DNA from: Eledone cirrhosa
Lineage: Eukaryota
Direction of reading: 5' to 3'
Assembly (NCBI GenBank): GCA_964016885.1
Contig: OZ024743.1
Location: 316,696,001 to 316,760,000, forward strand
DNA length: 64,000 nt
Shown here: positions 36,993 to 48,641 of the stretch, in pieces
Layout of the letters: the number at the start of each line of letters is the position of its first letter
Numbering within the stretch: position 1 is the first letter of the stretch
The notes under the pieces: generated by a model
The model's database searches: none
The model's input: only the letters and a program-made list of their open reading frames with translations
Told to the model about the DNA's origin: nothing
Position numbers and translations under genes: made by a program

Positions 36993-37888
36993 CCGAAGCC
37001 CCTCTATACACTCCGCAGCGCTCCATGCTACACCCAGACATCTCTCCTCGCTGACCTCGATACTTGTATCCGAGCAGCAGCAGCCGAGGGGATATGCAAC
37101 GTTAAGTTTGACGACATAGGGTGGCAACAGGCCACTTTACCCGTCAAGTATGGCGGCCTAGGCCTCCGGTCCCCGATCTCACTAGCTTTGCCGGCGTATC
37201 TTTCGTCAGTAACCTCGTGCCGCGTCCTCGTCAGCAGGGTTCTTCAAAACACAACAGATCGGCGTTTCCCTGAGGCTCAGCCTCCGGATCTGCTAGCCAC
37301 ACCAATGTCGCTGCGGTTCCACCGTGGACTCTTTCGGCCTCCACCCGCTTTCCTGTCGCCACAGTGCCGGCCGCATTCCACGCCATGCTGCTCTCAACGA
37401 GGTCATTAAGCATAGCTTGGATGCTGCAGGCTTCCCTTCCCAACTCGAGCCGATGGGGCTGGATCGAGGGGACGGCAAAAGGCCAGATGGCAAACCCCGG
37501 TGTCAAACCCATCGTCTGGGATGCCACTTGCACCGACACTTTCTGCAGCCGCAACCTGGTGCAGTCTGCGACTGACCCAGGTTCTGCTGCACGCTTGCTG
37601 AGGGGGCCAAACTCCTCAAATACCGGTCGCTCTCCGACAGGTTTGCGTTCGTTCCCCTGGCAGTGGTAACTTCTGGTGTCCTCGGCCCCAGAGCTACCTC
37701 CTTACTCACCACCATAGGCGCTGAGCTGGCCAGCCGTAGGTATGAGCCCCGCGAGTTGGAGTGGCTTTTCCAGCGCGTCTCCCTTGCCGTCCTCCGAGGA
37801 AAGGCCTTCTCCATTCTGTCCGCCGGGGCTGTGGATGGGCCCCATGGCGTACCATTACATTAGTTAAATACCATTCTTTCATCTCATA
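36993..37888 (+). mobile_element. Second copy of the 13580-15339 CRE-like family, 5'-truncated with internal deletions
   Basis: High identity to 14160-14420 and 14705-15339; ends TAGTTAAATACCATTCTTTCATCTCATA followed by TA-rich sequence. Confidence 0.93.
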
Positions 37889-38083
37889 CATATATATAAT
37901 ATATATCTATCCTCCTTTATATACCTGTGCTCATGTCTTCCTTGGCCATCTTCTTCCACAACTTCCTTAAACTGGGAATTCCTGGCATTTTTCACTCAGT
38001 TGTCATCCATACACATTACATATCCTTACTACTACAATTATCTTTCCTGCACACTACGTCTGATTCCTTTTATGCTCAGTTAT

Positions 38084-38225
38084 TCTGTCTCTCTGTCTAT
38101 CTATCTATCTCTCTCTCTGTTTCTGTCTCTGTCTGTCTGTCTGTCTCTCCCTCTCTGTCTGTCTTTCTCCCTCTCTGTCTGTCTCTGTCTGTCTGTCTGT
38201 CTCTCTCTGTCTGTCTGTCTGTCTT
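38084..38225. repeat. (TCTG/TC)n microsatellite, 5' flank of LINE
   Basis: Direct reading. Confidence 0.9.
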
Positions 38226-38399
38226 TGATAGTAGACGTCTTGCACATCGGCTCTTCGATCTGGAATCTTTACTTGGATTATTTGTGAGTGTATTATTTAA
38301 ATTGTTTTCTATTATTGACTCTAACCCCTAGTCTGGGACTGTAGACGTAGGGTAAATATATTTTCACCCCTTTTGGGGTGAAAAAATATTTAATTCAAA

Positions 38400-40108
38400 A
38401 TGTTCATCGATATCGTTGAAAACGAGGAAGCCATATTGGAAGCTAACGCCACGCCTACCAAAAAAAGCGAGAAAGAGGGAACAACAATTCAAACTGTTGA
38501 ACAGCCCCTCCTCTCGAATGAAAAAAAGAATATTAATTCGAGTGAAAACCTAAATTTTGAAGAAAAAAATAACAAGAAAATAAACACCACAAAAGATGAA
38601 ACAAACAACATTGCAACAATGAACGAAGCGAAAGCAACAAAGACAACAAAGTTTCTTTTGCCCAAACGGTCAGGAAAGCTATCGAGTACAAGCCCATAGA
38701 CATCACAAACGCTAAGCAGAACTTGCTAAATGCCAGAAAATGCATATCTTTTGGGGAGGATGGTTCTTTTACGATCAACTCCCCAGAAGAAGTTCGTCAA
38801 CAGGTATATAGGAATACCATAACCTTCAGGACGATATCCAACACAACAAGAAAGCCAGCTCAATTGACAGAAAGTCAAATTGAGCTGGTTCTGAAAGACA
38901 TAAAAGAAGACGTACTCTTTATTGAAAGAGGAAAGCTGTATGCCAGCATTATGGTCCGAATGAAGGACGAAATGCTGGCTCAAAAATGCTCGGTGGCACC
39001 TATAGTGTCACCACAATACACCTTCTCCACGTATAAAGGAAGAAGAACTCAGAGACTAAGAATGTGGAGCTCAACGTCAGAAGTAAATATCTGGTCCGTC
39101 CTGACAGGATTTACGGACCTAGAAAAGGACATCTTTATATCAGCAGGGAAGTCCACCAGTGGACTGTTCGGGGGGAAAAGTCTGGAGGTTCTCTTACAGA
39201 TGACACCTGAGAGAATCGCCGGAATACCCGACCGAGTCCTATTGGATGGGCGATCCTTTATTAATATTACGGTGGAAGGCAGGAAGCCCTCATGTTACCA
39301 CTGCGCTGGCAGAGGTCACCTGAAGACGGCCTGCCCTCTACTAACAAAAAAACCACTGCTACAAACACCACAACAACAAAAACAACCAGCACCACCACCA
39401 CAAAAACAACAAAATACACTACCATCACTACCACAACGACAACAAAAACCAACAACATCAACAACAGCTCAAGAAAACAACCCCAAACACGGTCCCACCC
39501 AGCCCCTCCCCACAGAACACAAATACAAAAACACACGCAGTTCATACACAACCTGGAAATATACCCCTCCCCTCCAATACGGAAGAGGAGCTCATATCGT
39601 CGGAAGACGAGGGGGCTCCCTTCCAAAAAGTGAAAAGGAAAAAACGTACACACACCACACAAACAAAAATAACCCCACCTGACAACACAACACAGACAAC
39701 AAAACGCAAGCTCATTCAAACACAACACAAAAACTCTACATAAACAAAAACAATAAAAACTTAACAGAAAAAATAGAAAACAACCCTTCGGTACAAACCG
39801 AAGGGCCGAATTTTGCAATGGCAATGGGACTCCCTAACCTGAAAATGGTGAAAGTCCCACTTGACATTTTCAAAACATTGAAAAACATTTACCCTGAGGA
39901 CGTGGGGCCACCCTGCACCAGGCCACTCAACCGCGTCCTCCTGAAAGGTTTTCCCCTCCCCTCCTCAAAGACCCACACAATTCCAAACACCCCAACCCCT
40001 CCACACACTAATACCCCCACACCACCACAAACCACCACCCCACCCAACAACCCCTCCACCAGCCCCATGGAAACTGAGCAGCCCGGACCCCGGGACGCAG
40101 AGAGGTAA
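38400..40108 (+). pseudogene. LINE ORF1 (gag-like, CCHC), split in three pieces
   Basis: ORFs 38400-38699, 38723-39682 (CYHCAGRGHLKTAC, Q/P/T-rich tail) and 39818-40108. Confidence 0.75.
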
Positions 40109-40131
40109 GTGCCTCTTTCTTTGCCACCAAC

Positions 40132-43100
40132 ATGGCTGTATTAAGAGTAGGTTGTCTAAATGCGCGTGGCCTGGGCTCACCTTGGAAGCAAGCTAAACTT
40201 CTAAATGACCTCAGGTCACAATGTATAAATGTGATGGTTATTTGCGAGGCCCGGATCAGCAGCGTGCGACAGCTAGCCCCCACCTTTGATGACTTTGAGA
40301 TGCACGCATCTCTCTGTCAGCCCGGAGGTGTGGATGGGGTTGTCGTTCAGCTGCAAAAACATCTGGGTCTCGCTACACAGACGGTACACTTGGACCCGGA
40401 GGGTCGACTCGTGGTTCTGGACCTTGGCAGTGGTGAAGGCGAAGCTTTTAGGCTTGTCGCCGTATACGCCCCCTTTTGGAGCAATGCGGTCGGACTTCTT
40501 CCATCGTCTGGAGACTTTTCTAGGGACGTCCCGCTCCTTGCTTTTAGTGGGGGACTGAAATGGTATCCTAGATGCACGTTGGGACTATGTAGGGGAATGT
40601 CCCGATAGAGGGGGGGTGTAACAGCCTCAAGGGGTTAATCGGCCGATTTGACCTGGCCGATAGATATCGACTAGATTTTCCGACTGTGCTAACCTGGACT
40701 TGGTCAAATAACAGTGGTCAATCTAGATCGTACCTAGATAGGTTCTTAGTTAGAATTAAGGATAGGGACTTTTTAAGTTGTCCAGAAATGCTCATGGTGG
40801 GCTATTCAGACCACAAGTTAGTGACCTGCGTAGTCCACCTTGATAGAACGCATAGGCAGGGACCCGATTACTGGAGGCTCAACTTGTCCTTACCGGCAAG
40901 TAGAGCTTACAGGGACTGGATTAGAACCTTAGTTAAGGAACGGTTGACGGGCGCCATCGTCAACAGCAGGTGGTGGGGCTCTCTAAAAAGAGAGATTAGA
41001 GTAGTTTCAATAGGAATTAGTCAGGAGTTAGCCTCAGATAGAAATAGGAAGGAAAGGGAGTTGGTAGTTAATGTTGAAGAGGCAATGAGAAGCGGCAACG
41101 TGGCCAGAGTGCAAGCGTCGAGAACGGCCTTGAACCAGTTCTTCGACGCGAAACACGAAGGCTGCGTTGTCCGAAGCAAAATACGTGCTCTGGGAAACGA
41201 GGGGACCAAAGCTGTTAGCTGGGCCCGCGTGACAGAAGCGAAAAGTGGGATTAGATCCACTATCCGGTCTTTGCGAGACCAGGATGGACGGGTGATCCTT
41301 GAACCTAAGCAAATATGCGAGGCCTTTCAAATGCACTTTGCCCGATTGTTCGGGAGGGGCGAGGGGCCGGTTGGAGATGTGGATTTATGTCCATACCTCG
41401 ACGGCCTGCCGCGTCTTTCGGACAAGGAGGTGAGGTCCTGCGACGGGCCGATCTCAGCTGCTGAAATACGGGACGTGCTGAGCCTATGCGGGAAACGCAA
41501 ATCTCCAGGGCTCGATGGTCTTCCCTACGAACTATATATTAATATGCCGGACTTGTTCCCCGATCTCCTCGAGGCGGTCTACTGCAACTGGCAACAGAAC
41601 GGGAGAATTCCCTGTTCTGTGACCAAGGGCGTAGTCTCGCTAGTGAGGAAGGACGAGAACAAGGGGGATGACATTAGTAATTTTAGGCCCATAACTCTGC
41701 TAAATGCAGAGTTAAAGATTTTGGCCAAGGTGTTAGCGAAGAGGTTGGCGCTTGTCGTGGGGGGCCTGGTGGGAGATGCGCAGACATGCGCTATCCCGTC
41801 CAGGTCCATCCACGACAACCTCCACCTCATGCGATACATCATAGAGAGGGTTGGGAACGAACCCGGCTTTGGTGGGGCCCTGATAAATTTAGATCAGTCT
41901 AAAGCGTTCGATAGGGTGGACCATGGTTACCTGGATGCGGTGCTAGCGGCGGCTGGGTTCGGACCCGTTTTCAGGGGCTGGATCACTGCCATGCAGCCGC
42001 ATCTGGTCTAGAGTCAAGGTGAACGGCTACCTCTCGGAGCCGTTCGAAATCACCCGCTCCATCCGACAGGAGTGCCCTCTCTCCTCCCTTCTGTATGTAT
42101 TCGCTCTCGAGCCACTACTGCGGAAGTTGTTGTTGCAGGGCATCCCTTTGGAACTGGGATTGCGCAAAGCGGTGTCGGCCTGCGCCGATGACGTAACAGT
42201 AATGGTGTCGACCACCGCGGAAATCGAAGCAATCGGCACCTTACTGGAGGAGTATGAAAGGTTGACAGGGGCTAAGCTGAACCGGGACAAGTCAGTCGTT
42301 TTGCAACTCGGCGAGTGGAGGGGCAAAGCGATGTCGTCCGACGGTATCGTCGGACGGTGGACGGAGGGCCCGGTGAAGTTGCTTGGGGTCTGGTTCGGAC
42401 CGGACCTCCAGGTGGAGAAAAACTGGGGTGAGGTGACGAATAGGGTGTTTGCACTGACCCAAAAGTGGGACGAGTGCAAACTATCCCTGAAAGGTCGGGC
42501 GGAGGTGGCGAACGCTTACATAGCGTCCGTCATCTATTACCGCTTGACTGTCGTGCCTTGCCCGGGTGAGATCCTCGCCAAAATGGAGCGCGCCCTCTTT
42601 TATTTCCTTTGGAAGAAGAGGTCTCCTCTGGTGAGGAGATCCATCTGCTGTCAACACCCTTTGAAAGGAGGGCTGGGGGTGCCGTGGCTAAAAATGCGTA
42701 AACACGCATTGAGGCTAAGGCACCTCCAGGTATTCCTCACCGGTCAACCGGTGTGGGCCCCGTTTGTGAGGCGAGCCTTCCCGAGGCTCGTCTCGCTCAC
42801 CGAGCTGCAGTCCTGGGTGAAGCAAAGACCGAGAAAACTGGGCGACTGGCACACCGAGTGTGCCCAGGCGCTCACGGTTCTCTGGCAGGCGGACCCGGCT
42901 ATCGATGGAGACTCCACCTCGTCATTCTATAGAGGGCTGGTGGTTAGCAGGTGCGACGACGCCCTCGGAGAAACCCTAGGCATGGAGGAGGACGAACTGT
43001 CCAGTCTATTCGGTAGGACTTTCGGCCCGGGACCTATAGACAACTTCCAGAAGTCCTTGGCCTGGCAGTGCTACCGAGGGGCTCTGCCCGTTCGGGATAA

Positions 43101-43565
43101 GCTCTACAGACACGGGCGCCCGGGTAGGGACCCCTCGAAAAAGATTTGTCCCAGATGCGTGCGCGACGAGGAAACCGTCGCGCACGCATTAGTGCACTGC
43201 CCGGGCGTTGCCGATCTGTGGGGCTATGTCGAACAACTGCTGTCACGGGGGGGGGACCAATTAGGTTGACCACCGAGTCCATTGTAACGATCAAGCCGCC
43301 TCCCCCATTCAAAAATGAAGGAGAGGCGGTCTTCCTCTGTGTAATAGCCATGGTAAAAGAGGTTATATGGTGGACGCGTCTGAAAGGGCTGAGGTCGGAC
43401 ACCTTTCTTTCCGGCCAACAACTGGTCCTTTTCTTCCGATACCATTTCGGAAGAAGGATCAGGATGGAGAGAGAGGTGCTCCACTCCAGCCAGTTTTATG
43501 AAAGGTATGTGAAAGTTGCGAGAATGGCCCGTGTGAATGGGCCTTCTCTCTACCTCAGCCTGTAG
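40132..43565 (+). pseudogene. LINE ORF2 (APE endonuclease + RT + C-terminal zinc finger), frameshifted
   Basis: CLNARGL, VYAP, SYLDRFLV, YSDHKLV, KSPGLDG, NFRPITLLN, LDQSKAFDRV, IRQECPLS, ACADDVT, CPRC..ETVAHALVHC. Confidence 0.92.
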
Positions 43566-43786
43566 GTGGAAAAGGAAGAAGGGAGCACCCTCTCTTTGTG
43601 CTCCCGTGAAGAAGGGTCACACATTTTTTTTCGGGGGTGTGTTGACCCCAAAACGATCCCTCCCTATTGAGGACCTTCTTGTTACAATTTTATTTATTAC
43701 ATTTTTCTTACTCGATTTTTATGTAAACCCCCCCCCCATGTACATGTCCCTTTCTTTTGTGCCCTAGTGGCAAATAAACAGAAATT

Positions 43787-43918
43787 TGTCTCTCTCTGTC
43801 TGTCTATCTCTCTGTCTGTCTCTCTGTCTGTCTCTCTGTCTGTCTGTCTGTGTCTCTCTGTCTCTCTCTCTCCTTGTCTCTCTTTCTCTCTCCTTGTCTC
43901 TCTTTCTCTCTCCTTGTC

Positions 43919-43958
<40 letters not shown>

Positions 43959-43996
43959 TTGTCTCTCTTTCTCTCTCCTTGTCCTCTCTCTCTCTT

Positions 43997-44038
<42 letters not shown>

Positions 44039-44480
44039 CTTGTCCTCTCTCTCTGTCTCTCCTTGTCTCTCTCTCTCGTCTCTCTCTCTCCTTGTCTCTC
44101 TCTCTCGTCTCTCTCTCTCCTTGTCTCTCTCTCTCGTCTCTCTCTCTCGTCTCTCTCTCTCGTCTCTCTCTCTCGTCTCTCTCTCTCTCTCGTCTCTCTC
44201 TCTCGTCTCTCTCTCTCTCTCTCGTCTCTCTCTCGTCTCTCTCTCTCTCTCTCGTCTCTCTCTCTCACTCTCTCTCTCTCTCGTCTCGTCTCTCTTCTCT
44301 CTCTCTCTCGTCTCTCTCTCTCTCTTTCTCTTGTCTCTCTCTTCTCTTTCTCTTGTCTCTCGCTTGTCCCTCTCTCTCTTGTCTCTCTCTTGTCCCTCTC
44401 TCTCTTGTCTCTCTTGTCTCTCTTGTCCCTCTCTCTCTTGTCCCTCTCTCTCTTGTCCCTCTCTCCTTTGTCTCTCTTTC
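43787..44480. repeat. Compound (TC)n microsatellite, ~700 bp, 3' flank of LINE
   Basis: Polypyrimidine run with TCTG, CCTTG, TCG and TTGTCC interruptions. Confidence 0.95.
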
Positions 44481-44693
44481 TTTAATAATAACAGATATTT
44501 ATCTATTTTCCAGCATGTTATGCTCGACTGTTTTGATAATATTTCCCATGAATTATACGAGGGTATGTATAATTGTTATTTATTAATACATTTTAGGAAA
44601 TAAATTTTCTCTCAGTAATTAATTTTTTCTTTTTTAATTATGCTAATTTTTTCATGATCTATTTGTGTACAATATTTTAAATATTGGTGCTAC

Positions 44694-44729
<36 letters not shown>

Positions 44730-46496
44730 ACCCAGTCCTCACTGTAAATGTTGTTGGCATTATGAAAGGCATAGAAACCAAGCCAGAAACAGTTCTGTAT
44801 GAACAAGACACAGTCATTTGATCTGACGTCTCTCAATGGGTCAACTTGTCTAACCCATGCTAGCATAGAAAATGGACGTTAAACTGTGATAATGATGATT
44901 ATTATCTTGTCATTGTTTTGCTGAGGAGGCCTAATAAGACTAAAACATGTCCAGACATCTTTTCCCATACTTGCTTAAATAATCTGAGTATAATTTCCAG
45001 TGTATAATCTCTATTTGTTTGGCTTCCTTGGAATGCTAAAAATATTCTCATTGCGTTATATAACTTATTTTATTTTATTTTAGTAACATTTTATTTTACA
45101 AAATTATTTATACAAAAACAAAACACTATTAAAGGGAACACAAAAGAAAAGGAAATGAAAATAAAAATAAAAAATAAAGCAACAAAAGAGAGGGGAAGGG
45201 ACAGACCCTTTTCCCCCAGTCTCAGTGGTTCCTCATCCGTGCCCTGCTGACAGGCACATACATGCCTGCACTTAGGTTTTATTATGAAACAATAAATTTC
45301 CTCTCATGTTTCACAACATGAATGCTACATTAAGTGATAAAATATTTTATTTTTTTCTACAGTACCACATTACCTTTCGTCAGATTGGAACTGCCAATCT
45401 CTTGACAGCTATGTCAATATTTCTACAGCCTGTTATAGCATATTTTTGGTTTGGAAACTATGCATGTTTCATCAACTCTGCCTTAGAAGTTGTAAGTTAT
45501 TTATTACAATCTATTATTTCTTTATTTTTTAAACTTTATTCTTCTTCATATTTTATTTAATTTTTTGTATTTTCTGCTTTTCCAGAAATAAATCTGTTTG
45601 ATTCATTTTTTTCTTTTCCCCTATCGTTATTTATATTTATTACTTGTAAATCAATTTTTTTTTTTCTATATTCAGCAACTTTCGTTGACATTTTTGGTGC
45701 TTCATGGCAATATCTCCAAATGTGTTTTTGGTGAAAAATTCCTATTTTATTAACAGATGTAAAAATTGCACAACAAAAGCAATATATAACCAAAAAAACG
45801 GCACAACAAAAACAGCAACGATGTAAAACTGTGTTAAATATGATTGTCATGTGAAACTAGCAGCAATGGCTTCTGTGGAGTTTTTTCTTTCTTTTTTACC
45901 AAAGATATTTTGGTTTGTCATAAGAAGTAGAAAAATGTTACGTAAATGTTACGTAATGTGGAATTGTTGATAATGTATGAGGATTTCTTTTAAAATGTTG
46001 TATTTTTTTAGATGCTTCCAAGTTTGTTTTATTATAAACTACTTAGGAATTTTAGGTGCTTCTGAGAATGATAAAACTTGTGACATGAATATATCCTCCA
46101 TTATTATCATCATTTTATGGCTGTTTTCCATGCTGGCATGGTTTAGATAGGTTCTTTTGATCTGAGGACCATGCTATGCTCTTACATTCCATGGATTTTA
46201 CAGCTAGATGCCCTTCTTATTGCCAACCAATTTACAGTGTACTGGGTGCATTTTGTGGTATCAGCGCTATCACTTTACAGAATGTACTGGACCCATTTTA
46301 TCATGACTCCTGTATTACCACTTTTACAAAGTGTAATGGGTGCATTTTAGTATGGCTCAAACATTACCACTTTAGTTTGTACTAGGTGCATTTTATTGTA
46401 GCACCAACATAACCACTTGAGTGTGTACTGAATATACCATATATATATATACCATGCTAGCGTGGAAGATGGACGTTAAACGAAAATGATGATGAT

Positions 46497-46780
46497 ACGA
46501 ATATAAGGCAACCCCATATTTTATGTCTGAGAAATAGACAAAAATCCCAACCCCATTTATAAGTCGAGCCAGGTAATTAACGTTTTGACGGTGCAGTTTT
46601 GAAATTCTCATGAGTAGAGAATATATTTATGTAGTTTTATTTTGATATTTAAAATGTTTTAAGTGTTGTTTAGAGTATAATTTTTGTTTCACAACTCTAT
46701 TTTTTGTTTCACAACTCTATTACGTGATATTTTTTTACAAATTTCTGGTCATTTTGAAGGCTATATTCATTCAAAACATA
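46497..46780. mobile_element. Partial inverted copy of the 6000-6564 MITE
   Basis: rc matches 6275-6560 (ATTTAAAATGTTTTAAGTG..TTTAGAGTATA..ATTTTGAAGGC.ATATTCATTCAAAACATA). Confidence 0.7.
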
Positions 46781-46957
46781 TCGTACTGATGTGAATTTAA
46801 TCAACTTTGCCCCTCACCAAAATGACTAGCTTTGTGTGTAAAGTAGGAATTATGTTTGGGTACATCAACTACAAGTTTTACTATTTACAGCTAGAATAAA
46901 AGGATGACAATAGTCATCTAAAACACAACATAATAATGTTTGCTTGCAAATGAATCA

Positions 46958-47148
46958 AGTGGATTGGCAGTATCGGTAGAGGTTCGGACGCCATGCTTTG
47001 ACGCATAGAGTTACGGCCCTTGCCATTCTGAGTTCAAATCCCGCCGAGGTTAACTTTGCCTTTCATCCTTACGGGGTCGATAAAATAAAGTACCAGTAAT
47101 GTACTGGGTAATTTTCTGGCCTTGTGCCAATAGTAGAAACAATTATTA
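46958..47148 (+). mobile_element. tRNA-derived SINE (well preserved copy)
   Basis: TGGCAGTATCGG, GAGTTCAAATCCC, GCCTTTCATCCTTACGGGGTCGATAAAATAAAGTACCAG, tail ATTATTATT. Confidence 0.85.
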
Positions 47149-47261
47149 TTTGATATAAAACTCACGAATGCATTTCCATATTTGCTATGTTAAAGCGAAA
47201 ACTAATTTTGTTTTTAAATCAAAAAGCTGCTTTATTTATGGTTCTCCGTGAGCAAGACAAG

Positions 47262-47690
47262 TGGTGAATTGGTAGTCATTAGAACTTTGGATAAAATACT
47301 TTGCAGTATTTGTTTTGTCTCTCTGCTTTCCGAGTTCAAATCCTGCTGAAGTCACCATAGCCTTTCATCCATTTGAAGTCAATAAAAAATATACCTGTCT
47401 AGGATTGTGGTCAATTCATCCTCTATATCTCTTACTTTTCTCTCACTTTCCATCCTTCTCTGGAAGAAATCTGCTATGTTCAAACCTGGAGAGGAGAGGG
47501 GCTCCATCAGGCTTAAAATGCTCAAGAAATACCATATGCCACTCCTACTACCCCTTCAGGAGTTAAGGGACTATACCATACTATGGAGCAATGACATGGT
47601 CACCTGATCTGATTTGTCTCACAACGATACAACTTGTCTAACCCATGCTGGCATGGAAAATGGACATTGAATGGTGATAATGATGATTTC
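47262..47690 (+). mobile_element. SINE with composite tail ending in RTE-like (GAT)n
   Basis: Same family as 12475-12700; ends CCATGCTGGCATGGAAAATGGAC..GATAATGATGAT. Confidence 0.6.
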
Positions 47691-48641
47691 TCACTTAAAG
47701 TACCATGTAGTAGGATTGAACTTGGAACCATATGTTTGCTTGTATTGGACAACAAGCTTAGCTGCATAGTTACGGCCCTTTATAGTCTGAGTTCAAATCT
47801 CGCCACGGTTAGATTTGTCTTTCATCCTTATGGGGTCAATAAAATAAAGTGCCAGTAATGCACTGAGGTTGATTTGACTTTTCCTTTCCCCCAAAGTTGT
47901 TAGCCTTGTACTGAAATATAATTTAGACATCAACTATAGAGGTTTTGCTACACGTTTCAAGCTATATGTATCAAAAAGGTGGCATATTTATGGTATTTCT
48001 CTGTTCAGTACATCAACTATAGTGGTTTTACTACACGTTTCAAGCTATATGTATCAAATGGGTGGCATCTTTATGGTCTCACTCTGTGAAATTAATGTCG
48101 CTGCAATATTTCAGTTGCTATATACAAAGCACTTGACTTATCGTTTATGGCATGTTATGGTTTTAGCCAGGAATATTAATATTGATATTGGATTTGTCAA
48201 TAAAGGCTGAATGTCTCTCACTTTGATAAACAAAAGAATCAAAAGGAAAGTAAGCAAATGAAATATTTGACAAAGGAGATCGATATATTTGTAATATTTT
48301 ATGTTTTAATTTAATTTTTTTTTTTTTTTTCATAAATCTATCTGTTTGGTTTCAGACTTTTATGGTAATAACATTCTGCTTGAAACTCCTTGTCTTTATA
48401 GAATGGTATAAACACATGCAAAACACCCTTGCACGTTCCAATAGTCACTTGGTATGTTTAGATTTATTAAAATTTATTCTATTTACTTGTCTCTTTGGTA
48501 AAATTTCTATCACATAATACAATGTCTGTTTTATTTCTTTTCCTTATATTACAATAGATAAGTTGTGATTTGTTCTAGCTATCTGTGATTTGAATTCAAA
48601 TCCTGGTCTGGTTTCTTCCCATTCTCATTGCTGAGGGTTGG

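Larger units (their letters stand above)
38226..43785 (+). mobile_element. Tx1/L1-group LINE, near full length, decayed
   Basis: ORF1 with CCHC knuckle, ORF2 APE-RT-zinc finger, short 3' UTR with AATAAA at ~43773; flanked by TC-rich microsatellites. Confidence 0.9.

Noticed and set aside
43767-44603. Ser/Leu-rich and Arg/Glu-rich ORFs
   Set aside because: Translation of (TC)n microsatellite.
45557-45850. 97-aa minus-strand ORF as host exon
   Set aside because: AT-rich with no recognisable domain, and the downstream continuation contains several stops; it cannot be supported.
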